Shown here: one piece after another, positions 36,950-50,451 of the stretch
Layout: the number at the start of each line of letters is the position of its first letter
Numbering within the stretch: the stretch's first letter is position 1
Source of the DNA: Macrostomum lignano
Taxonomy: Eukaryota
Direction: 5' to 3'
Assembly: GCA_002269645.1 (NCBI GenBank)
Contig: NIVC01003879.1
Span: forward strand, 1-64,000
Length of the DNA stretch: 64,000 nt
Notes under the pieces: generated by a model
Told to the model about the DNA's origin: nothing
The model's input: only the letters and a program-made list of their open reading frames with translations
Database searches by the model: none
Program-made: the position numbers and the translations under genes

Positions 36950-37140
36950 AATCTTAAATTGGATCGACACTGGCCCTCTTTGATCTTTAATTGGGCCGAC
37001 ACCAACCCTCTTTGATCTTTAATTGGGCCGACACCAACCCTCTTTGATCTTTAATTGGGCCGACACCAACCCTCTTTGATCTTTAATTGAGCCGACATCA
37101 CTCCAGAGACTAATTAACGTAACGTAACGTAACGTAATCT
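36950..37140. repeat. 32-bp tandem repeat (about 4 copies) plus (TAACG)n
   Basis: TTGGGCCGACACCAACCCTCTTTGATCTTTAA. Confidence 0.85.
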
Positions 37141-37303
37141 TCTAGTGGTCCTTGCATCACTATTCTTTGATCTTTAATTGGAGCCGACATCACCTTAATT
37201 TGATCGTCAATTTGACTGAATTTTAGCCTTACTTAGATTTCATGCAAACTATGGTTTCAGTTTTTCAACCGTCACTGCACTAATCGTTATTTTTTATAGT
37301 TCG

Positions 37304-40300
37304 TTATGGTTCGTTATTTTTTGTTAAGCGTCTTTTGTCTTCCTCATCCTCCGTAGCCACATCGATTGCCTCTCCGCTTGAAGCTTCAACATTTAGCCAA
37401 CGAACGGTTCGACGATCAACCGACTTTGCGCTGAGCCAAGCCTGGCATGGGAATCTTCGTCGCTCGCCAGATGGCTCGACAATGTCCACCGACTGCAGAA
37501 ACCAGTGCGCGTAAGCTGAATCTCCTGGTCCATTAGCTAAGTGCTCAACTTTGATGCGTCTCAACTGGCCCACGTTTGGCAAGCCGGTCAGAAAAAACTT
37601 GTCGGTGCGACCTCGGGCAAACTGGCGTCGGTGGGTGCGGCTGTTGGACAGAAGTACCGGCTGCAAAATTCGGGGGGAAGGGTAGCGGAGCTCGGCTCTA
37701 ATGCCACATGCCAAAATAACAAACCATCAAAACCCATCGATCAGGGGCTGCTAATAGCTAAGCGATAACGCGTCCAACCCTTTAGTCGAAAACGTACATA
37801 GCCGCAGGGGCGTCGCCACCGGTGGGGGGGGACAAGGGGACATGCCAATGCTTTGTCCCCCGACCCCACTTTTGTTGACCTGTTATGGAAATCAATAATT
37901 TTGATTCAGGGCGACAAAAATGGGGCCTGCGGCGCTAAAAAAAGTGCCTGCATGTGGCGCCTAAATGAGTGCCTTTGGCGCCAAAAGGAGTGCCTGCGGC
38001 GCTAAAATGAGTGCCTGCGGCGCTAAAATGAGTGCCTTTGGCGCTAAAATGGAGCCTGCGGCGCTAAAATGAGTGCCTGTGGCGCTAAAATGAGTGCCTT
38101 TGGCGCTAAAATGGAGCCTGCGGCGCTAAAATGAGTGCTTGCGGCGCTAAAATGAGTGCTTGCGGCGCTAAAATGAGTGCCAGCGGCGCTAAAATGAGTG
38201 CCTGCAGCGCCAAAATGAGTGCCTGCAGCGCCAAAATGAGTGCCTGCAGCGCCAAAATGAGTGCCTGCGGCGCTAAAATGAGTGCCTGCGGCGCTAAAAT
38301 GAGTGCCTGCGGCGCTAAAATGAGTGCCTGCGGCGCTAAAATGAGTGCCTGCGGCGCTAAAATGAGTGCCTGCGGCGCTAAAATGAGTGCCTGCGGCGCT
38401 AAAATGAGTGCCTGCGGCGCTAAAATGAGTGCCTGCAGCGCTAAAATGGAGCTGCGGCGCTAAAATGAGTGCCTGCGGCGCTAAAATGAGTGCCTGCGGC
38501 GCTAAAATGAGTGCCTGCGGCGCTAAAATGGAGCTGCGGCGCTAAAATGAGTGCCTGCGGCGCTAAAATGAGTGCTCGCGGCTCTGAAATGATCGCTGAC
38601 AACACAGATTCTGCAAATAATGTACACGTAGAAATTTAGTCATGTAGATGTACGTGCAGAATTCTTGGCTTTGTCCCCCAACCATAAAATCCATGGCGAC
38701 GCCCCTGCGTGTAGGCTCTAGAAATTTTCAGAGATTTGGTTCACTATTTTCAGCATTTATAACTCTCTACGCTAAGCTTCAATCGCTGCGTTTACTTTGC
38801 GACGATATGTATCGATATTTTACTTCAGAATTAATTTAAAATCACTGGATATCGAAAGTTAAACAGAAGCAGCCGGCCGCTTACCTGCGAAGCGCCTCGA
38901 TCTCCACACAGAGTGAGCCGCACCGGGTGCCTCGTACCGGCGCCAACCCGATCTCCGGTCACCACGGTGACGGTGTAGTCATAGCAATGAGGACCAGGAG
39001 CCGTAGCCGGAGGATCGTTATAGTAGTTTTCGAAATCGTCAGATCCGCCATTAAGTGACGATGCTGCATCCTCCGGTGGCGCTACGATGTGCACCACCTG
39101 CGGCTCCTCGTCTGCGTAAACCGAAGCTTCCGAACTTTCTCCGCGACGACAACCTTCTTCGTCGCCGTCGCCTTCTTCAGCGGTTTTACCACCGCCCGAC
39201 CTTTTTCTACCGGTTGCCGCAACTTTAACAGTCTTCTTTTTGGCCAGGCCGGCCCTCCCGCGCGACTGTCTGTCGCAGCCATCGTTCCCGCCGCTTTTGC
39301 CGTCCACATCTTCGGAGTCGCCGTCGGCAGCCAAATAGGTGAGAATTTCGCCGCTGCTTCGCACTAGGAAGTCGCGCTCTCGCCGACTGCACGGCATTGG
39401 CGGCGCCGACCGCAGAAATCCGTTGCTGCCCGCTGAAGTGTGGGATTTTCGTGCGGGATTTTTTTCCAATTTGGGGATTTTTTGCGACTTGGGGATTTTT
39501 CGCGACTTGGGGATTTTTGTGCGATTTGGGGATTTTTGTGCGATTTGTGGATTTTTGTGCGATTTGGGGATTTTTGTGCGATTTGGGGATTTTTGTGCGA
39601 TTGCGGGGATTTATGTGCGATTTGGGGATTTTTGTGCGATTTGGGGATTTTTTGAGCGATTGGGGGGATTTTCGTGCGCTGGAGAGGACACAGTGAGATG
39701 GAGAGAACACAGTAAGGATGGAGAGGACACAGTGGGGATGGAAAGGACACAGTGGGGATGGAAAGGACACAGTGGGATGGAGAGGACACAGTGGGGATGG
39801 AGAGGACACAGTGGGGATGGAGAGGACACAGTGAGGATGGAGAGGTCACAGATGAGTATGGAGAGGACACACTGGGGATGGAGAGGACACAGTGGGATGG
39901 AGAGGACACAGTGGGATGGAGAGGACACAGTGACACAGTGGGATGGAGAGGACACAGTGGGATGGAGAGGACACAGTGGAATGGAGAGGACACAGCGGGG
40001 ATGGAGAGAACACAGTGGGATGGAGAGGACACAGTGGGGATGGAGAGGACACAGTGGGATGGAGAGGACACAGTGGGGATGGAGAGGACACAGTGAGGAT
40101 GGAGAGGACACAGTGAGGATGGAGAGGTCACAGATGAGTATGGAGAGGACACACTGGGGATGGAGAGGGCACAGTGAGGATGGAGAGGACACACTGGGGA
40201 TGGAGAGGACACAGTGGGGATGGAGAGGGCACAGATGAGTACGGAGAGGACACACTGGGGATGGAGAGGGCACAGTGAGGATGGAGAGGACACACTGGGG

Positions 40301-43049
40301 ATGGAGAGGACACAGTGGGGATGGAGAGGACACAGTGGGGATATAGAGGACACAGTGAGGATGGAGAGGACACAGTTGGGATAGAGAGGACACAGTTGGG
40401 ATGGAGAGGACACAGTACGGGGATGGAGAGGACACAGTGGGGATGGAGAGGGCACAGTGGGGATGGAGAGGACACAGTTGGGATGGAGAGGACACAGTAC
40501 GGGGATGGAGAGGACACAGTGGGGATATAGAGGGCACAGTTGGGATGGAGAGGACACAGTTGGGATGGAGAGGACACAGTTGGGATGGAGAGGACACAGT
40601 TGGGATGGAGAGGGCACAGTGAGGATGGAGAGGACACAGTGAGGATGGAGAGGACACAGTGAGGATGGAGAGGACACAGTGGGGATGGAGAGGACACAGT
40701 GAGGATAGAGAGGACACAGTGGGGATACAGAGGACACAGTGGGAATGGAGAGGACACAGTTGGGATGGAGAGGGCACAGTGGGGATACAGAGGACACAGT
40801 TGGGATGGAGAGGACACAGTTGGGATGGAGAGGACACAGTGGGGATGGAGAGGACACAGTGGGGATATAGAGGACACAGTTGGGATGGAGAGGACACAGT
40901 TGGGATGGAGAGGGCACAGTGGGGATGGAGAGGACACAGTGGGGATGGAGAGGTCACAGATGAGTACGGAGAGGACACACTGGGGATGGAGAGGGCACAG
41001 TGAGGATGGAGAGGACACACTGGGGATGGAGAGGACACAGTGGGGATGGAGAGGGCACAGTGGGGATGGAGAGGACACAGTTGGGATGGAGAGGGCACAG
41101 TACGGGGATGGAGAAGACACAGTGGGGATATAGAGGACACAGTTGGGATGTAGAGGGCACAGTGAGGATGGAGAGGACACAGTGGGGATGGAGAGGACAC
41201 AGTGAGGATAGAGAGGACACAGTGGGGATACAGAGGACACAGTGGGGATGGAGAGGACACAGTTGGGATGGAGAGGGCACAGTGGGGATACAGAGGACAC
41301 AGTTGGGATGGAGAGGACACAGTTGGGATGGAGAGGACACAGTGGGGATGGAGAGGACACAGTGGGGATATAGAGGACACAGTTGGGATGGAGAGGACAC
41401 AGTTGGGATGGAGAGGGCACAGTGGGGATGGAGAGGACACAGTGGGGATGGAGAGGTCACAGATGAGTACGGAGAGGACACACTGGGGATGGAGAGGGCA
41501 CAGTGAGGATGGAGAGGACACACTGGGGATGGAGAGGACACAGTGGGGATGGAGAGGGCACAGTGGGGATGGAGAGGACACAGTTGGGATGGAGAGGGCA
41601 CAGTACGGGGATGGAGAAGACACAGTGGGGATATAGAGGACACAGTTGGGATGTAGAGGGCACAGTGGGGATATAGAGGACACAGTGAGGATGGAGAGGA
41701 CACAGTGAGGATGGAGAGGACACAGTGGGGATGGAGAGGACACAGTGGGGATAGAGAGGACACAGTGAGGATAGAGAGGACACAGTGAGGATAGAGAGGA
41801 CACAGTGGGGATACAGAGGACACAGTGGGGATGGAGAGGACACAGTGGGGATGGAGAGGACACAGTGAGGATGGAGAGGGCACAGTGAGGATGGAGAGGA
41901 CACAGTGGGGATGGAGAGGTCACAGATGAGTACGGAGAGGACACACTGGGGATGGAGAGGGCACAGTGAGGATGGAGAGGACACACTGGGGATGCAGAGG
42001 ACACAGTGAGGATGGAGAGGACACACTGGGGATGGAGAGGACACATTGGGGATGGAGAGGGCACAGTGGGGATGGAGAGGACACAGTTGGGATGGAGAGG
42101 GCACAGTACGGGGATGGAGAAGACACAGTGGGGATATAGAGGACACAGTTGGGATGTAGAGGGCACAGTGGGGATATAGAGGACACAGTGAGGATGGAGA
42201 GGACACAGTGAGGATGGAGAGGACACAGTGGGGATGGAGAGGACACAGTGGGGATAGAGAGGACACAGTGAGGATAGAGAGGACACAGTGAGGATAGAGA
42301 GGACACAGTGGGGATACAGAGGACACAGTGGGGATGGAGAGGACACAGTGGGGATGGAGAGGACACAGTTGGGATGGAGAGGACACAGTGAGGATGGAGA
42401 GGACACAGTGGGGATGGAGAGGACACAGTGGGATAGAGAGGACACAGTGGGATAGAGAGGACACAGTGGGGATGGAGAGGACGCAAGTGGCGAGGACACA
42501 GTGAGGATGGAGAGGACACAGTGGGGATGGAGAGGACACAGTGGGGATACAGAGGGCACAGTGGAGAGGACACAGTGGAGAGGACAGAACACTTAGCGGA
42601 AACGGGCACTCACATCCACCGCCTCTCAGGGAATGCTTTGGCCTAGGCTGGGGTAGCACAAGTGGCCGTTGGCGATCCAATCTAGCTTCGATTCGCTTAG
42701 CAAAGTTAACCGAGCTGGTCGCGGTTCGCTCGCTTCCCCGGTGACTGTCAGCCTGACTTTCCCCTTCCTCCTCGACCTCGTCTGCCGTTTTGCTGTGGCT
42801 GTTTCGGCTCCCCTCGCTAGGATGCATCCGACGTAGTCGCGACCGAAGTTGCCGATCGCTGAACTGATGCTTTAACGGTTTGTCGTGTAGTCTACGAGCG
42901 CTGATGAGGCTGCCAGACGCGTCCCACAATGGCGGATGCAGCGGCGCCGGGTTCAGTGTGCCCGAATGGTCGAAGCCATCTTCAAGGCGTTGCACGCGTA
43001 AGTAGTGATCCAGCTGTCTGGACACAGCGCGAACAATCTCCTTAGACAT
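37304..43049 (-). CDS. PLAT/LH2 domain-containing protein; exons 43049-42614, 39432-38885, 37660-37304 (or spliced at 37361 into the 34964 exon)
   Basis: Phase-compatible junctions GGAT|GTGAGT..TTCAG|CG and CAG|GTAAGC..TGCAG|CCG. PLAT motifs: YTVTVVTGDRVGAGT..V.LTLCG, FARGRTDKF, VGQLRRIKVEH, WFLQSVDI, FPCQAWL. Confidence 0.8.
37805..38707 (+). mobile_element. hAT-like MITE carrying an expanded 21-bp minisatellite
   Basis: 14-bp TIR CAGGGGCGTCGCCA / TGGCGACGCCCCTG enclosing AAAATGAGTGCCTGCGGCGCT units; no TSD match in the flanks. Confidence 0.8.
39470..39670. repeat. 20-bp minisatellite GGGATTTTTGTGCGATTTGG
   Basis: Direct reading. Confidence 0.9.
39680..42590. repeat. 2.9-kb array of a 20-bp minisatellite GGAGAGGACACAGTGGGGAT with higher-order duplications
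   Basis: Marker GTCACAGATGAGTA at 39845, 40127, 40953, 41456 and 41919. Confidence 0.97.
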
Positions 43050-44165
43050 GCTTTCTTTTCGTTTCTGTGCTAGCTTAGCTGGAGCTGAAAGGAAAAAAGC
43101 AAAGGATATTACTTGTATTACTGTATTGTACCTTGATCAGTTTCTTTTGCCAAAAAAGCTATATAGACCATATTAAGCAAAATCTATTGGACTAGATTAT
43201 CGGTCTTTTTAGTGTGCCAATAAAACGTTTAACCTTACTTGTAAATGCGGTTATAGCCTGGTTTTTCGGCGCAGAAGCCCAAATAGTCTAGTCTAGAAAA
43301 AAATAGAAAACTTAGGCTCGGTACTTTTTGTTCCTAAATGTATTTTTAACACAAATCTAATTACGTTTAGGGATTCGATTTTCAAAAAAGCTACAGTTTG
43401 TCAATAAACTGATGTGGTAGTTTCGAACTAAACTTAGCAACTAAACTTTACATTGAAAATCTCAGCTAGTAAAAAGTGCATATATCTTTGCGTGGCCTGT
43501 CTCTGTTTGAAAACAGATTAATCAAGCAGCTATCAATTACTAAATCATTGCCTGATTTGATATTAAATGCATAAAATTTCTTAATTTAAACGACAGAAAT
43601 GGCACAAATTCAGCACACTTGATTGAAAATGAGATCGACTTATAACCAAGTGCAAACTATTCCGTTTAGTCCTAACTAATTCTCGCTTTGACGAGTATTA
43701 AAATAAAAGGAGAAAGTGAAGTTAAAATTATAAACCGACTCAGTCAAATAGCTTAGCAGTTTTATAGTTTTAAATTTTATGGACGATAAAATTGTTTATT
43801 AACTTCATAGCTTACAAAAATTAATTTTTTAGTGAAAACCTCAAAACAATACAGTTTAATTTGTTAAACACATAAGAACTTACAATTTTTTTGAATCATT
43901 CGCGTGATTTGCTCCGATTGATTTTGAAGCACCCATATGCTATAAAGCTCGTTAATATTAAGTAAAGCAATTAAATAGTGAGAAGGCCTATATTGCAATA
44001 CAATTCTTACCTATTTAGTCTGGTTTAGTAACTTTTGTTTTTAGAATTTAACTTTGTATCCAAAAATTAACATCACAATTTACACAGCTTATTAAACATT
44101 AAAGCCTTGGCCTGTAATTTATTTTTTTCTTGCCATTAAAAAGTTTTTTTATTTTAGTAAATACA

Positions 44166-47100
44166 ATGAGTGATCAGTTTGTTGTTTTATCAGGTGACTT
44201 TGTTACCATTAAAATTACTGGAAGTGCAAGCGATTTCACAAGTGAAAGACGCTTTCCAAAAGGCATGACAATATTTGAACTCAAGGTAGGCAGATTTGGC
44301 TGATTTGTAAATATGTTGTTTATTGGTAATTAATTTTCTTTGCTATTTCACTGACCCTTTTGGCTCTAAATATTAATTGTTTTTAAGTATACCTTATATG
44401 CTTTATTGAACAACAATAGGCCTACCTGATTTCTAATTGAATAGTGCATTTTTGAATGTATAAATTTGGCCAATTGGTTTTTATTGACAATGACATAAAA
44501 CCCATAGTCCGGATCATGCCAAACTAAAACTTGATGGATCCACAGTTTATACGCCAATGTATACCAAATTTTTTCTGCCTTCCCTAATTGTATGCCACTT
44601 CTACAGTACAGGTACAAATTTCTTACTTCAAAACTATTCCTATTTAACAAAAAATAGAGAATATCACAATTTAAATACAGTTACACCTATGTTATATATA
44701 TCCCTGTTATACTGCAAGCAAGTAAAATATGTATTATGCATCTAGCAGCAGGTTTTATTAGAATATTAAAATTATTCAATTGAACAATAGATGGGAATAT
44801 ATTTTGTTAGTGAGTCTATTTCTAACATAAATTCCATTTTTTAATTATTGTGCAAATTCCTAAAAAATACCAATGTTTATGTACATCCATGGTCAGGAAG
44901 GTGCAGCGTGTGCGCCGGAATAACATCCATCAAAATTTTTGCTGTGCGCCGCGTGCGCCGAGAAAAAAAAATTACTTGTGCGCCATGCGCCGAGAAAAAT
45001 ACACTTGAAAAAGCACCATCAAGTATTAAGTATCTAAATTGAATCAATATCAATGGAAGTTCAAGCAGTTCAATCATGGCTTCTATTTGCAAAATATAAG
45101 CAAAAAGACGCAACAAAAGCCGCGAAAGGCGCAAATTTGTTAAGTTTGTTAAGTCGATTAATGAAATTTGAAATAGAAACAACATTGGAAATAACGACTA
45201 TCGTATCGACTATCATTTATTTTATTGATTGATTGACATTTAATATACGTTTTTTTATTATTCATTATTATATTGTCACGTACACTGACGTACCTTGTGC
45301 GCCATGCGCCGAGCCATGCACCGATGCACCGAGCCATGCGCCGATGCGCCGAGCCCATGCGCGCGGCGCAGTGAAGTGTGCGCCGTGCGCCGGCAAATTG
45401 CTGATTTGCGCCGGAAAATTCCGAGGATTCTACCGTCTTCCTGGCTGTGGATGTACATTACATTGCAAGTTGCAATAGCAATAGCATATACGCCACTCAC
45501 ACCAATAGGTAGGGCCCAATTTTTTGGTTGTATGCCAATGTACGCCAATAGGCCAATAGGGTTAGCAAAGGGTGACTGTACGCCAAATTATACGCCAAAT
45601 TAATTTGGTGTACAGGCCATGATCTGGACTATGGCATAAAACCAATGTTAAAATGTACATAATGGGAGTGAGATGGCTGCCCACTTGATGACAAACAAAA
45701 TGAGATAGCTGACCAAAGGGTGAGACTGAGGGGTAAGCAAATCATTATGCTAAATTCTATCATTTTCTTATTTAATATATGGCTTACAATTAATTATACA
45801 TTACATCATTAGCTATATACCATACAACTTTATTTAAATTTTAACAATTCAATGTCAGTAAAAACCAATTAGCCAAAGCTATATAGGCCCCCTATATAAG
45901 ATTGAAGACAATTTGTAGAAATATTTTTTAATATTGATCATATAAATATTAATAAACCATTTTTAATATACCATAGTCTCGAATATGCACTGTGTATGCA
46001 GGAACATCTCCCGGCTATGCATGCTACACGCAGAAGGGAAGAGGCTGGGAAGGTAGGTCCATGTCGCACATTGACAGACTGGGAGGGTCTGCAGTCCGTG
46101 TTATATGCAGACAGACCAGGGAGTGACTTGGATAAATATATAAACAAATACCTTCTAGGCTTCACAGCGTGTCATAGTCACAGCATGTCATAGCATGATG
46201 ATTCACGAGTTGTTGCCTGCAGCAGCCTCTTGGTTGGCCTTCAACTTGGACTCAGGCTCTAGCTCTAGCACCAGTGGATAGCCAATGAACAGGCAGTAAA
46301 TTTAGTAAATTTAGTAGTAAACTTATCTACTTAGATCACTTAGCACTCTCCTATCTGGTTTCCTAGACTCTTTGTCCATCAACAAATTGAACAAACTACT
46401 TTAAACTACATTAAATAAAATACTTTCTTGTAACACAAAAGAACAATATTTTGTCTAAAGTAAACATTAAAACCTATAAAATTTTAAAATACTTGTATCT
46501 TTCCATTTTAAAGCACATTTTCTGTAAGCTAGTTTTTGTTTTTTAATTTTTAATTTTCTTGTCATTGTTATTATTATTTTTTTAACTTTAAAGTGCTATG
46601 TGGTGTGTGCGGTATCCAATGTGCCATGCCAGTGTGTGCATTGCATAGTGCACACCATGCACACAGTGCGTGTGGTTCACACTATGCACGTGGTGTATAC
46701 CAGCCCTAGACCTAGTTGTGTGCAAGAATAACCCCCACAGAATAACATACTTGGGAATGTTGTTAATATAGGCCTATAGGTATAATATATTCTATAGTCT
46801 ATAAAGTAGAGGTTGGATATGATCATAATTGTGATCATAGTTTTGTGAATTCATGACCATTTTTTCACCATTGTGATTTCCTTGAAACCTATTTATAGTG
46901 TTGTGAATTTTTGCTTACTTTTTTTTTAATTAATTAGGGGGCATAACTTTTCTATTTGATTTACTAAAATAAAAATATGAACATAAATGTGCAAAGCAAT
47001 AATAAATTTTACATTTAATTGACTTGACAATACTACTCAGTATCTATTACTTAATATATAATTATAGAGGGCCTAATAGTTTCTTGTTTTGTTATTTTTT

Positions 47101-50100
47101 ATACTTGAAACTTTTGAGCTCATAATATATGTATACATAGTAAATAAAGGAGAAATTCACATTCACAATCACACCTGACTTTGAAAATTTCATGAAATTT
47201 TATGCCCAACCAAAATTTTCTACTGGTCCAACCTTTATTAAAAAGTAGCCTTTATACTAAAAAATTATAAAGTATATTTTGCCTTTCTCTAAGAATCTTT
47301 ATATATATTAATATATTAAGATTGCATTAATGTCTAACATTGACATATTGTTGGTATACAAATATGGCTAAGTTCAAATTTGGCAAGTATAAGTAAATTT
47401 TGATCAAAAAAGTTCTTTATTCAAAAATAGAAACTTTTTTATGAAATTTGCTTGAAAGTAAAAAGGATAATAGTTTCTTAAAAAGAAATAGATGCATTAT
47501 AATTTATTAAGTATTTGTTTTCAAAATAATTTATTATAAAAAATATATGCAATATATAATCATCTTTAATGTTAGTATAAAAATTTCTCTTTCAATTTAC
47601 TTTAGCATATAATAAAAAATAGACTTTTGCTTGGTATGATCTAGATTATATATTATATTATATTGTATTGGTTGCCACTACATTATGTATACTATCTTTC
47701 CATTGAAAGAAACCCTAAAGCAAAAATTAACTTAAAAAAATAAAGATGTACCTATAACTGTCCTTTTAAGGCTAAATACTTTTTCATCTGATTAGTATGT
47801 AATAGACATGTAATTACTATGTCTATATTTTTAGATAGGCATTTTTGCAACTTACCTTGGCTGGGCTCCTTGCCTAGCTAGCTAGGTTGGCCAGGTGTTG
47901 CACATGTATTAGCGCATTCTAATGTTGGATTTAAAACTGCATTATAATTTTCAGCTTAAATTAATAGGTGCCTTTTATTCAATTAGGAAATTAGGTTGGG
48001 TATACCATTATTAAAATTGCTGGAATAACTAGATATGGGGTTATCTAGTTATCTAGACATATGGGGTTATCTAGTTAGCTAGACATATGGGGTTATCTAG
48101 TTTCTAGACATGTGGTTAAGAATAAAAAACAAGAATTTAACTCAATGTACACAAGTAAATGCAAGATGGATGAAATTCAGTCTAGAGAGCAGGTCTGAAT
48201 TTCAGCCAATCAGAGAGCAGTAAGGAGAGAGGTCAAAGTCAGACAAACAAAACAGCCTTGAAGTTAGGGTAGGCCCAATCCATCTCAGCCAATCAGAGAG
48301 CAGTAAAGAGAGAGGTCAGTCAGACAAACCAAACTCAGCCTAAGTGGGGCAGGCCCAATCTAGCTCAGCCAATCAGAGAGCAGTAAGAAGAAAGGTCAGT
48401 CAGACACGAGCAGGCAAGAGGCAGTCTAACTGGTTATTGGCTTATTACACGCACTGAGTTGGATGCAGGTGAAGATTCTACTTTTATGTGTCTGCTAGAG
48501 GCAACTGTTGCAGATTCAAAATATATCGTGTACAGTTTAGTAGATTCATTATATTAGACTATGCCGGTGTAGAATTATGCTAATTACCAAGTCTCTTACC
48601 CGACTGCGCAGAGCAAACTCGAACTAGTGACGGGATGCTCCTGCTCAACAATGACCCTAGAACTATACGACACCGAGGACAAACTAGTATGCACCCTATC
48701 TAACAATGACGCTATGCTGGGCTCCTATCCAGTCGAGGACGGCATGCGTATTCATGCCAACGATCCGGCTTCCAAGGGTGCTTTTGATTTTGCCGCTGCC
48801 GGAGCTTCGGCAGACGGTAAACCGCTCTACACTATGAGCGACGAAGAATACAGAAAGAAGGGCGACACGTTTCTGCAGTTTAAAAAGGCCAATAAATTGG
48901 GTGAATTTGCTAAAGTCGATCCCGAAGCGGAGCGAAAGAACCGCGAAGCCGAAGCGGAGGAGAAAGCTCTAGCCGAGACTTTCACTGTTGGAAGTCGGTG
49001 CGAGGTAAACAGTGATCCCAATTCTACTGTTTATTTGCATTCTTCATATGATAGTTAGTTGTTGCTTTTGTACAAATCCTTACTTATTCGAAATTTAAAT
49101 AAACTTAACAATTGACATCCCAGTCTTCATTGGCCCGAAACCCATGAATTTTTGTTGGCTGACACCAGTCCTCTCCCTGAACCTTCAGCTGACGCCAATC
49201 CCCTTCCTGAACCTTCAGCTGACGCCAATCCTCTCCCTGAACCTTTAGCTGACGCCAATCCCCTTCCTGAACCTTCAGCTGACGCCAATCCTCTCCCTGA
49301 ACCTTCAACTGACGCCGATTCCCCCCAGAACCTTCAGCTGACGCCAATCGTCCCCTTGAACCTTCAGCTGACGCCAATCCTCTCCCTGAACCTTCAACTG
49401 ACGCCGATTCCCCCCAGAACCTTCAGCTGACGCCAATCCTCTCCCTGAACCTTCAACTGACGCCGATTCCCCCCAGAACCTTCAGCTGACGCCAATCCTC
49501 TCCTTGAACCTTCAGCTGACGCCAATCCCCTTCCTGAACCTTCAGCTGACACCCATCCCCTCCCTGAACCTTCAGCTGACACCCATCCCCTCCCTGAACC
49601 TTCAGCTGACGCCAATCCTCCCCTTGAACCTTCAGCTGACGCCAATCCTCTCCCTGAACCTTCAACTGACGCCAATTCCCCCCAGAACCTTCAGCTGACG
49701 CCAATCCTCTCCCTGAACCTTCAGCTGACGCCAATCCCCTTCCTGAACCTTCAACTGACGCCAATCCTCTCCCTGAACCTTCAGCTGACACCCATCCCCT
49801 CCCTGAACCTTCAGCTGACGCCAATCCTCCCCTTGAACCTTCAGCTGACGCAAATCCTCTCCCTGAACCTTCAACTGACGCCAATCCTCTCCCTGAACCT
49901 TCAACTGACGCCAATTCCCCCCAGAACCTTCAGCTGACGCCAATCCTCTCCCTGAACCTTCAGCTGACGCCAATTCCCTTCCTGAACCTTCAACTGACGC
50001 CAATCCTCTCCCTGAACCTTCAACTGACGCCAATCCTCTCCCTGAACCTTCAACTGACGCCAATTCTCTCCCTGAACCTTCAGCTAGCTCCAATCCTCTC

Positions 50101-50451
50101 CCTGAACTTTCAGCTGGCTGACGCCAATCCCCTCTGAACCTTCAGCTGGCTTCATCCCCTTAACTCGTCAATATTTAACCCAGCACCGCTGTCACCCCTC
50201 CCCGTCCGCAGGTGTCCGTGCCCGGCCAGGCCTCCCGTCGCGGCGAGGTGGCATTCGTCGGCCAGACGAGCTTCAAGCCCGGCTGGTGGATCGGCGTCCG
50301 TCTTGATGAGCCGTTTGGCAAAAACGACGGCAGCGTAGCCGGCAAGCGCTACTTCCAGTGTCCGCCCAAATATGGTGGCTTCTTCAAGCCGAAAGATGTC
50401 GCCATTGGCGACTATCCCGAATTGGGATTAGACGAATTAGATGAGATTTAA
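44166..50451 (+). CDS. TBCB: Tubulin-folding cofactor B (Ubl + CAP-Gly); exons 44166-44285, 48612-49004, 50212-50451
   Basis: Three phase-0 joined exons: [51 protein letters not shown], and CAP-Gly [25 protein letters not shown] ending EEY/F-like DEI. Confidence 0.95.
44502..45634. mobile_element. Non-autonomous DNA transposon in TBCB intron 1, 8-bp TSD
   Basis: TIR CCATAGTCCGGATCATG / CATGATCTGGACTATGG; CATAAAAC on both sides; subterminal TACGCCAA repeats. Confidence 0.85.
44884..45453. mobile_element. MITE nested in the 44502-45634 element, TA target
   Basis: ATGTA|CATCCATGGTCAGGAAG ... CTTCCTGGCTGTGGATG|TACAT; internal TGCGCCG repeats. Confidence 0.8.
48195..48410 (+). repeat. Three ~80-bp tandem units each containing AGCCAATCAG
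   Basis: TCAGCCAATCAGAGAGCAGTAA at about 48202, 48285 and 48365. Confidence 0.8.
49150..50155. repeat. 30-bp minisatellite in TBCB intron 2
   Basis: CTGAACCTTCAGCTGACGCCAATCCTCTCC units. Confidence 0.95.

Noticed and set aside
39339-42609. ORFs up to 993 aa of PLCPLHPHC repeats
   Set aside because: Intronic 20-bp minisatellite of the PLAT gene; only 43049-42614 and 39432-38885 are exonic
45938-46290. Cys/His-containing antisense frame in TBCB intron 1 as a RING/PHD remnant
   Set aside because: Ligand spacing is not convincing and the frames are short
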